From Enoplolaimus lenunculus (taxonomy: Eukaryota), in contig JASANG010000864.1 in the NCBI GenBank assembly GCA_030248215.1, positions 124,001 to 188,000 on the forward strand: DNA of 64,000 bases. The letters are read 5' to 3'. Of the stretch, positions 40,120-50,743 are shown in pieces. Made by a program: the position numbers and the translations under genes. The notes under the pieces were generated by a model. It was not told the origin of the DNA. It ran no database searches and was given only the letters and a program-made list of their open reading frames with translations. Each line of letters begins with the position of its first letter. The stretch's first letter is position 1.

Positions 40120-40555
40120 CTGTATTGACCCGAATAAGAGGAGGAGGACTGATATTTATTTGGCCTCTCCAGAGGGTACACCCCATTGTTATTCGGTTAC
40201 GGACTGTTATTTATTTTTAACCCACGCTCCGCCACCCTTCGTTACTGATATATACACGGTACTGCAACTATCCGCTGAATTAAATGTTTGTTTGTGTTGT
40301 GTCAATAGCTTGAGCGATAATGCAAGGTTATACCTACGTTGGAACGTACTTTTAAAACTTAAGGACGCTTTAAAGTTTCGAAGTCAAATTATTTGGACCC
40401 GGAGTCATTTATGCGCTAGAATTAGGGTTAATTGACATTTATGGACTCTAATTAAGGTTTAAGGACTCTATCCGCTTACGGACTCTTATTAGGGATACGG
40501 ACTCGTATTGATCGGGACTCATAATGGGGCCCCCCTCTTATTCGGGTCAATACAG
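40120..40555. mobile_element. Tc1/mariner-superfamily (Tc2/pogo-like) MITE
   Basis: Perfect TIR CTGTATTGACCCGAATAAGAGG, TA on both sides, and subterminal GGACTC repeats. Confidence 0.88.
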
Positions 40556-41419
40556 TATACGGCCATAACCAATTTTATTGAATTTCTCTGTAATGAAACA
40601 GGAAACAGCATATACGTGAGAATTATATCTCGTATAGTGAGACTAAATTGAAACTGTTCGTTTATAAACTGCTTCCGCTACATGTGTTAAGCCACAACGT
40701 ACTTTTATCAAATATAGAACAAATGTTAGTACGATACACGACTAAATCTTCACTGAAGATAATGAACAGCAATTAAACATAAACATAAAATGTAATTCCA
40801 AAAGCCAATGCGACACCACTGATGTGTTCCGATCATACCAGACAAAGCACTCAACTGTCTAAAGCTATTTCGCCTATTCGACCCATGCTAACTATTGCGG
40901 GCTACTTACTAAGCCTACATATGCGCCTAACTCGAAGACTCAGACTCTTTTTACAAACCGTGATTTAGTTCTGCTGGTATATTTACCGTTTCCAACAATT
41001 CAGTATTTAAAGCAATATGCAATCATAAAATAAAAACAACAAACACTTTTCATCACAAAGCATATGTACAAGTACAATTTACGAAAATACCGTGGCAGCT
41101 GAAAACAATAGGCCGCCATATCGCCACTTGTTATGCAACATGGTTGCACGTTTAAAATATTAGACAATTTGAAATTTGACTCTGCCAATGAATCATGTTA
41201 AAATATAAGATATCGCCCAACCAAAAAGGAATTTTGCGAAGGTTATGTCGTATCAGCCAGCACGATCTGTATAATCCGCTGGTGATATATAGATACTAAC
41301 CACATTCGATAATGCCATTTCCAATGCTAACCAAATATGACAAATGTTCACTTTTCCTAACGAACAATCATATCATCAACCGGTGACAGGTGTTACACAT
41401 ATTTGACAATGCCATCGCT

Positions 41420-41594
41420 GGCCAATGTAAAGAACAGGGGCGGAACACTGTAAGCATATTCCTAAGCCTAAACATAATCGTAAGAATGAGTTTATTCCTA
41501 AGCCTAAGCCAAGCAAAAGAATTAGCCTAAAGTTTAAGCTTATTCTATTCCAGTCCCACAGAAAAACATTCCGCCCCTGATCTTTACATGGGCC
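41420..41594 (+). mobile_element. TTAGGC-bearing Merlin-like MITE (full length)
   Basis: 26-bp TIR GGCCAATGTAAAGAACAGGGGCGGAA / TTCCGCCCCTGATCTTTACATGGGCC with TSD ccatcgct/ccattgct. Confidence 0.88.
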
Positions 41595-41796
41595 CCATTG
41601 CTAATGGTAAACAAATCCAACATCGAGCTTTTGTTCATCATCCCACAGGCACGTAGCCAGATCAACGTGCTGGGGTCGTGTCAAAACTTTGTTAAGATAA
41701 AAACGCGGTTGAAATCATAGCTTACAAGCGGAGCTAAACTCTTCTAGGGGGCTGGTACGTCATTGAAGACGGTGTGGTGGACGTAGCCGCTGTTGT

Positions 41797-44700
41797 TTAA
41801 GATGAATCCGGCGAAATCATCGAAATATCAAACGGTGACATTCGTACTCGACGATTAGGATTGAGCAGGTTCGACGAACGAGCAAAGAGCGCACGGAACC
41901 CGCCGGCACTTTCGAGTTGACTCGAGTCACCAGCAGTTGAAACTGCGGTTGATTGGGGCGGATGAGAAGGTACACGACGCACGGTTGCCGGTCGCTGCGA
42001 TTGAGTCATATTAACGCCTGCGCCGGTGTCGCCAATGTTTTGAACAGTTGACTGCGGCGAAGACAATCTAAAAACATAGCAGAACATATATACATATATG
42101 GCATACTATTCACAAGCATAAAAATAGAATAAAATACGTAATGCTAGGATTTCAACGAGAACGAATCGTTACCAAAACGGCAACAGTTTACTAGTGAATA
42201 TTTAGCTGTATGAAGAACTGGAATTTGAAATAGGTTTGCATCGACTAATTTTTAAACGAACATTAAGCGATTTTTTGCGATTTGACATATCGATTGCATC
42301 ATCCTTGAGGGGGGGCGCGATCAGTCCGACCCCGGCGATTATCATCCTCAGGGTTGCTCGTTAGTGTTATGTCGTTCGATGACATCTGCGCGGCTTTAGT
42401 AAACGCTTCTCCAGATTTAAGGTTACGGCTAAGGGTCAGCATTAAGTTTAGGCAAAAGTTTGCAATTAGAATTATGCTTAGGGGCACAATTTTTTTACTT
42501 TACTCCCAAAGCAACTGAAATGCAGGGAGACGTTTTGAGTTCATTTAGCGTAAGGCAGCAAACGGCCTGAGTATATGGTGAAGTACACTTTTTATTCTCC
42601 ATTCACAATCAGGGCGGTTGCCCACTGACCTCCAATTTCAAAGGACGCTAAGCAGGACTGGGGTTGCCACCGCCCAAGCCCCAGTAGTAAGCAGGACTGG
42701 GGTAGCCAACGCCCAAGCCCCAGTAGTAAGCAGGACTGGGGTTGCCACCGCCCAAGCCCCAGTAGTAAGCAGGACTGGGGTAGCCAACGCCCAAGCCCCA
42801 GTAGTAAGCAGGACTGGGATTGCCACCGCCCAAGCCCCAGTAGTAAGCAGGACTGGGGTTGCCACAGCCCAAGCCCCAGTAGTAAGCAGGACTGGGGTAG
42901 CCAACGCCCGAGCCCCAGTAGTAAGCAGGACTGGGGTTGCCACCGCCCAAGCCCCAGTAGTAAGCAGGACTGGGGTTGCCACCGCCCAAGCCCCAGTAGT
43001 AAGCAGGACTGGGATTGCCACCGCCCAAGCCCCAGTAGTAAGCAGGACTGGGATTGCCACCGCCCAAGCCCCAGTAGTAAGCAGGACTGGGATTGCCACC
43101 GCCCAAGCCCCAGTAGTAAGCAGGACTGGGATTGCCACCGCCCAAGCCCCAGTAGTAAGCAGGACTGGGATTGCCACCGCCCAAGCCCCAGTAGTAAGCA
43201 GGACTGGGTTTGCCACCGCCCAAGCCCCAGTAGTAAGCAGGACTGGGGTTGCCACCGCCCAAGCCCCAGTAGTAAGCAGGACTGGGGTTGCCACCGCCCA
43301 AGCCCCAGTAGTAAGCAGTACTGAAATTAGAACAGCGAAAACACCCTTTAAACCGGTACAAATCTTAAGTGTCGTTAAGCCCCAATACTGAATACTTACT
43401 GTTGGGGTTTGGGGGCGACAGCCACCCATCCTGCTTTGGGTCACCAGAATTTGTCGGGGTTCAGAGGGGGACAACCTAATACGGTACCGTGCGGCTACGC
43501 ACATTAATTGCTGCATGGTACCGCATAACAATACTGAGGAGAGTTTTGTGACTTGTGGCGCCGCATGAGACGTATAATGCCACCCTTAGTATACCAAACG
43601 TTAGGTAGTAGTCTAACCGTAGTTGTATTAAGTCGCAGTATGAAGCTACTATTTTGGTTCCAAGTTACGGACAATGTAAAGATCAGGTGCGGAACGTTTT
43701 TCTGTGGGACTAGGAAAAGAGTAAGCTTAAGCTTTAGACTAATTTCGTTGCTTGGCTCAGGCTTAGCAATATGCTCATTTTTACACTTAAGCTTAGGCTT
43801 AGGAATATGCTTATAATACTATTCCGCCTCTGTTTTTTACATTGGCCCAAGATACTAAAGAATATCCCTGTACACAAAGTTAGTTCTTACTCATTTATCT
43901 TCACCAAATTAGGCGACGACAACGACGTTCTTCTCGCCGGCAGCGTTCCCCATCGACCGCTACTTGTACCAGCTGAATGAGTTCTTGCTTCGGTTGAACT
44001 GTTAGTTTGCGTCGTTGTAGCAGCTCCAGTATCAGCTGGCAATCGTTTTCCACTGGACTGCACTTCAGTTTTAGTCGAACCAACCATAGATGTACTTCGA
44101 CTGCGTTCGATAGTTACAGCCGCTGGTACTCCTAGTCCACTTTTGTTCGATCGCTCCGTCATTTGCGCACTTGGGCTAGCGGCATGACCAGCACCCGCTG
44201 TGGGTTGATGGTGTTCCATGGAAACACTTTTTCGCTGATGATTTACTACTGACGCTGGCAACTGATGTTGCACCTGTGCGGGCTGTTGTTGCTGCACGCC
44301 GAGACGATTTGTAAGCTTACTGTTTGCTTTAGTAGCGATATCCAAATGTCTTGGAGTGACTGGAGCAGATACGTAGCCTAAAATTAATTTCAATTACAAA
44401 ATGAGTGATATGGTATAATAAAAATTTGTAATATTCCGAGTTGCATCTGGGTCTCGGTGTTCTGATTCCGAGTACGCGTTTTCTTTGATAAACTCCGGGT
44501 CCAGGTTTTGGCTCTGCGAAATTCCAGTTGCGAGTCCGAGTTTTGGCTTTGCGAAATACCAGTTGCGGCTTCGGGTTTTCACAACAAAAAATTACGGGGT
44601 CCTTCGTTGTGTTAGAAAACTACCGGATCAAATACCCTGAATGGAACGATTTATCATAAGGATTTCCCATTCTAAATTAGGATTTGTACTGGAATTAACA

Positions 44701-46185
44701 CATCAATGTCGTTAGTTTTCGCTAGCTTCAATCGCAAAGTTCTTTTTAACTGGCGCTTACGTGACGTGAACTACGTATTGACTTTTCGGGATGACAAGTA
44801 ATTACGTATATGTAACTTTAAATTCTGTGTTATTCCTACAAATTTATTTAAATTTGCTGTATTTAGTGTTATTATATTTGAAGTTTGACCATCGTAAGCA
44901 TGGCTGTGCTGCTAGAACTTATATATTTCAATGACAAAATTTACATTAACTGTTTGTTCGAAAAATGCGTAACTTATTCCAAAATTTTTTAGTTCCGTAT
45001 TCAGGATTGCGTTATGCACATTTTGAGTCCGTGTTTTGGCATTGACAAATTTCGTTCAGGTTCGGGTTTTGCCGTTGAGAAATTTTGAATTCGGATACTT
45101 ATTTTAAATGTTGCAACTATGGAATATCCCACCACGAAATTTGAAATATTGAACCCGTATAAGACAACAGCACTTGAACATTATACTAATCATACTCAGG
45201 GTGTATGTAACAAGAATTCGAATTCCGATTACAATTCTGACTCAAAACTAGTTTCGTTTTCGATTCCGGCAGCACAATCAATCGGAATCTGAATTTTGAA
45301 ATTTTAATTTCAATCTTACTTGTTGTGATGTGTTGCATAAAAAAATGCTCTCGATCTCAATATCTAAACACAAAAAACTACAGATTTATTTTAAAAATAT
45401 GAATAACTTATTGCAGTCTAGTTTTATAGAACCAAACCAGCCAACAGATATTCTAAATCAATATTATATTTGCCTGCTAATACAAATTATCCGTACAGTC
45501 ACATTTGTAGTTCCGAATCTGATTTCATCATAAATTTGTTGTTCCGATTACGATATTATCCACTTCTCGCTTTGCACCCTGACAATATATATACTACTCA
45601 GAGTCTCGCTTTATTAACTGCACAAATATCGAAATTTAAACTTTTCAAATATTAATAAGCAGTCCGTTTACATGGCTTCATAACGGCTTAAAAACGCGTT
45701 ACAAATCTACATCACAGCTGTGTTTACTGACATAACTAGAAAAAAATTCAGGGCGGGAGGGAGTGGCGGTGGGGCAAAGACCGACCTGCTATTATATATT
45801 TTTACATTTTCAAACACGACCATAGAAGCAATTGTTATTTGAGCAATATTCATAAGAGCGAGTTACCTTTTTAAAAATGTGGAACAATTTGGTGGGAATA
45901 GTGCCCGAATTCCCCCCGGCCTACGCCCCTAACAGTTGTCAACCTACCTTCAATACTATCTAACGATTCACATTCATATGTCCACTGCGGTGGCTCGTCG
46001 TAATTCCAATACCGCCTTCGTGGTGGTACAAATGTCTCGACCGGATTAGCTGGCGGTGTCGGTGGCCGAAATGGTTCCGGTCCGTCGTGTGAAGCCTCAA
46101 ATGTGGTCGATTCTTCTTTAATCGCGTACGGATGATGTTGATCGTAGCAATGTGAATACCCACCAAGTTTCCGTAAAATATTCAT
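41797..46185 (-). CDS. Uncharacterised, probably disordered Ser/Thr/Pro/Gln-rich protein; 3 exons, about 330 aa
   Basis: Exons 46185-45948, 44377-43891 and 42067-41797 join in frame through canonical sites (G|gtagg, ttttag|GC, GA|gtaag, ttttag|A). The exons are GC-richer than their flanks. No domain recognised; further 5' exons are possible. Confidence 0.7.
42649..43318. repeat. 39-bp hairpin-forming minisatellite, about 17 units, intronic
   Basis: Unit TAAGCAGGACTGGGGTTGCCACCGCCCAAGCCCCAGTAG. Confidence 0.95.
43669..43847 (-). mobile_element. TTAGGC-bearing Merlin-like MITE
   Basis: GGACAATGTAAAGATCAGG...TTTACATTGGCC with TSD caagttac/caagatac. Confidence 0.85.
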
Positions 46186-47653
46186 ACCATGCACTTTTGT
46201 TTACACGATAAAAATTAATAAAAATTATTCGCCAACTATCAGTTCTCGCTTTAGAATTAACACCCAACTATTAAAAAAATAACTCAAAATCGCTAAATTA
46301 CTTTAATAATTAAATGTAATTGAAAAATATAATTAATAACAAATTACTAACGGTTACTTTGGTGTTATGTCATAAAAATTATCAATATTGCACTTTAACC
46401 ACAAGTCTTCAAAAACAGCTACGTATATTACAGTTATTATGCTTCTTGTATTGAATGCAGCATGCGATTAAATAATAATAATAAATAATAAAGCAAAATA
46501 AATGTTTCTAGTTGCGAATGCAGACAATTACGGATTTGCTATAAAGTCACAACAACGTAACTACTATTATGGAATTGTTGAAGCTTAACGCGATTACGCT
46601 GCAATTTGGAATGATTACATAAATGTATACATGCAATAATTAACCGCATTATTTTGATATGCTAAAAAGCTAAAAAATAAAAATATTTAAACATACAAAC
46701 ACCATTTAAACCAGAGTGCTGCTACTTACTGGTACAAAGATCGTAAAAATATCCCTTGTCACAAGTTTCCAACATTAATTTACCGACCGTTGTTTAATAT
46801 TTTCCTCGAGTTACAGCCAAAAACCCAAACGATACTAAGAACCTAATATATCGTGAGCATTCACGCTGTCGGCTGTAAACTGACTTCAAAAATTTACCTG
46901 CACCCGACAAATGTATAGTTTTCAATTTGTGCTACAGTAATTCATTTTTAAACTGCCAAAATGCGTCTGAAAACAACGTCAGGCTCAACAAGTAACAATT
47001 TATATTTGCTATTCCTGCAGCCAATCGCGTCGTGGAGTTTCGTACAAAAAAGCTAACCTGTGGATTCCCTCAAGTCCCGTTCACCATTTAAGTTGCTGGA
47101 CGGCGTTAATTTTTAAAAAGACAAAATTCCTTCAACAATATTGCAAAAATTCCGGCACTTTGTTAGTATGCTTTTACACCTGGTTGCAACCGGAATTATA
47201 TACAATTTAACGGAACCAGAATTTAAAAAAATACCGGTAACGGTCCCGGGATCGGAAAATGAAAAATACATGCCACTGAAAAATTCATTTTAATTTTTCT
47301 TGCAATATTACTTGTGAAATAACACTAGCTGGAGATAGGTATTCACTTCTTTGTCTGTTGCATTTTAGATTTTCATAATCCACGGAAGCGAAATCTACCT
47401 TCGATGGTTTATTTTCGGCGACTGTCAAGGTAAACTTTTTTCTACTTCCCGTCTTATTATTAGCGTTATATCTTGGTCTTGGTTAATAAACTCGGTCATA
47501 AAAACAACTCAGATTAATTTTGCAAACAACACGGCTAACAAAAAAGCGGTCGCACTTAAAACGGAAAGGTCATCAAATGACATATATCTTACAAAAATAA
47601 CTTTAAAATGTAAAACAATATATATACATATATACATATATATACATCAATAC

Positions 47654-48398
47654 TAGGGATCGACCCGATCCGAGATCCGGATCCGGGCCGGATCTCGGCA
47701 ATTTTTAAGATCCGGATCCGAATGGGGATCGGGTAAAAAACTACCGGATCTCCGGATCCGAAATTTGATGTATATACAAACAAAAACATACCAAAATTGG
47801 TGTATGTATTTCAACTATGCGTACGTAATCTAATAAGCACTGTGTGAGCAACCCCTTCTCACATTGAGTTGCCTGTGAGGCAACTCAGCGCAGTGTATAT
47901 ACGTTAAATAGAATATCGCACCGTGGTTTAAAAATTGCAACACGTATACATAGTACTAAATCACCACAAGACGTGAGAGCCCCCTCGGGCTCGAGCGTCA
48001 AGCTCCTATAGCTGAGTGGTGATGGTATACGCCTCCCGCTCCAGTCACTGGAGTTCGAATCCTAGCATAAAAGTAGGTCTCAGGGGAAATAGAAAATATT
48101 CATGTGAGAAAGGGTTAATGCTTTGTTGGAATGTCAGGTTCATGCCATCCACGTGAAGACCAGTGTTGTTGCGGAAGAAGAACAAACATAAAAATTTCAA
48201 AGACTTCTTTTTTAGTTGCTGTAAGTTTTGTTGACTAATTTTGCGAAACAATCAGTTGAACTTTTTGTATTTTATATACGTTAGGTTTTGAAAAATTATC
48301 CAGCTAGTAAGATCCGGATCCGGCCGGATCTGAATTTTAAGATCCGGATCCGGATTCGGATCGGGTAAATGCAAAATTTTGGATCCGGTCGTTCCCTA
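47654..48398. mobile_element. hAT-type MITE rich in GGATCC repeats, containing a nested piggyBac-type MITE
   Basis: TIR TAGGGATCGACCCGATCC / GGATCCGGTCGTTCCCTA and a perfect 8-bp TSD atcaatac. Confidence 0.88.
47852..48114 (+). mobile_element. piggyBac-type MITE with tRNA-like Pol III cassette (nested)
   Basis: CCCCTTCTCACAT...ATGTGAGAAAGGG|TTAA. A-box at 48009-48019, B-box at 48051-48062. Confidence 0.88.
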
Positions 48399-48499
48399 AT
48401 CAATACATATATATGTATATAAATATACATATATACTATATATACATATATATACAAATACGTATATATACATATACATATATACACATAGATAGATAC

Positions 48500-49490
48500 A
48501 TAGATATCCATGCTAGAGACCTCGAGGTGTTTAGACACAGTTGGTCCGTTACATACTCTGAAAACTAGGGTAACTAAGTTAGAGTCTAAGTTACAATCTT
48601 ACTGACTCTGTGATAAACCTATTCAGCTTCTTTATATTATCAATTTTATTTAGACTATATGATCTGTAGACCCTATACCGAACCTCGCTATAGACCAAAC
48701 ATCTCATTAAGAAGTGCTCTACAGATTCTTCCTCCATTCCACAGCAATCGCAAATACTCGAGTTTGAGAGTCCTATTTTATGCATATGCTTATTTAGTTG
48801 ACAATGTCCAGTAACCATTTGTGTTAGTAATCTATCTCTATTCCTATTAAGTCGCACAATGAAACTAGTATGTTTTGGTTTCACTTTGCTACAGAATATC
48901 TTTGTATTTCGACAAGTATTTAGCTCTAACCATCTCTGGTTAGTGTGTGAAATGCACCAATTCTGGATCATATTTTTGATCTGTCTATGTGGTACACCTG
49001 TAAGTGTAACAGGTTCTGGTCCGATAAACTTCCTTTGAGCTCCAGCTTTAGCCAATGCATCAGCTATATCATTTCCATAATTGGCCGAATGACCTTTGAT
49101 CCATGTTAAAAACACTTTATTTGTAATTGAAAGATTTTGTAGGTGCTTTGAGCAGCTCTTAGTTATTTTGGAATTACTCCAGTTCCAGACAAGTGTTTTT
49201 GTCCATAAAATATTCAATATCAGACACTAAATAGTGTAATCCTGTGATTGTTGACTTCCCTGCTTGATAGGCATGTTGGTTAATACTTAATGGTTGTCTT
49301 TTAATATGCTTTTCACGAATATACTGATCCAATATTCTTTCCATTCCTTTTAGGACAAATGAAGATAATTTTTTTCCTGGCTTTGGTATAAAAACAATAT
49401 TACATTTCCTCCATGTTAGAGGAATGTATCCAGTTTTTCTTGCATTTTGTGGCGAGTCTCTAATTTGATCAATAAATCTTTTCCAAGATA
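48500..49490 (-). mobile_element. Degenerate, internally deleted non-LTR retrotransposon (RT N-terminus plus RNase H and Cys/His motif; LOA/R1-group-like)
   Basis: Minus strand gives GYIPLTWRKCNIVFIPKPGK, a frameshift, then LSSFVLKGMERIL...QHAYQAGKST (RT region). ORF 48591-49217 gives WIKGHSANYGNDIADALAK (RNase H) and TGHC...CDCCGMEEESVEHFLMRC. The 3' end runs into a TCTA/TGTA/TA tail. Confidence 0.88.
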
Positions 49491-50574
49491 CAAATATATA
49501 TGTGTGTATGTATACATACTTAACTTAAGTATGCTAATGCCTAGAAACCTAAACCCTAAACAATTCTAAAACTGAGCTAAATACGGGTAAAGACTACGTA
49601 TGAGTTGGCGCTGTACTTTTTTGGCTGTTTCAATGGATTTCAGCGTCGCTCAGTGTCATGCGGTACCGCGCGGAACCGTATGCGAAAGGCACTGCAAACC
49701 AGAGAGCGACCGGATACCAGGTTTGAGTCTAATATCCGGCAAAAAATGCGAAAACCGGATAACGGGTATTTACGGTTGCTGTCACAAATATCGTAAGGTT
49801 ACTTTTTACAAGTGAACATACGAAACATTTGGTATACGTTTGCATTTGCGGGCAACTCAAGAAAGAAGCGTAAAATGAAAAATCCAAGCTAATAACCGCT
49901 AATCTGACTTCAGTAAGCATACACTTTTGCAGGGCTGTAACACTGCCAACAGTACCCCGAGCTGAGATACAATCCACTGTCCGCTCCGTTATCAAGCAAA
50001 TTAATATCCAGTCGCACTCTACTGCAAACCAATTTAATAATATTTTTTTCGACTTACGGCACCCGCACCACGTAGCATCGTCACCCTAATTCTTATCAAA
50101 ATGCACTCATGCTACTTAGCATATCATTTCCGGGTATCAGACAAAAACTTACAGTAATTTCGTAGATACATTCGTTCTTTATTCAGGTTAACCTATGCTT
50201 TCAACCAAAACACATAGATTATAGATTAAGACATAAATATCATAACGCCGAGAAGTTAAGATGACGGGCGTCATAGCAACTAAAACTATATATCTTAACG
50301 AACTAGGATATATACATTTTTAACGTCTAAAGAAGAATATACGAAGAACGCGTTACGAGGTACATGTTTAGTAATTAGTTGTATGAAATAGTCTTACAGT
50401 CTTGCTTAAAATCATGCCCAGTTTGAGACAGGAAAAATGTCGAATTTCGAGATTGGGAAGCTTAAGCTTAGGATTAGGCTTTGAGCCGCAAAATAGAACC
50501 CATATTTCGAAAAACATAAAACTCAAAACAGTGAAATGATAAATACACTGCATATTACTATTATTATTACGCGT

Positions 50575-50743
50575 ATATATGCGCAGCACAAAAATCACCA
50601 CAAGACATGGCAGCCCCCTCGGACGCGAGCATCACGCTCCTATAGCGCAATGGTGCGCCTCCCATTCCCGTCTCCGAGGTTCAAACCCTAGCATAAAAGT
50701 AAGTCTCACGTTAAATAGAAAATATTTTTGTTGGAAAGGATTA
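50575..50743 (+). mobile_element. Older, diverged copy of the piggyBac-type tRNA MITE
   Basis: aaatcaccacaagac...ccccctcgg...CTCCTATAGCGCAATGG...GGTTCAAACCCTAGCATAAAAGT...aaaggattaa. Confidence 0.7.

Noticed and set aside
42649..43318. CRISPR-like appearance of palindromic repeats
   Set aside because: No unique spacers, no cas genes, and a eukaryotic context. The same applies to the 33-bp array.
42618..43531. Repeat-protein ORFs (SRTGVATAQAPVV, YYWGLGGGNPSPA)
   Set aside because: A 39-bp unit divisible by three, open in several frames, intronic, with no supporting splice structure.
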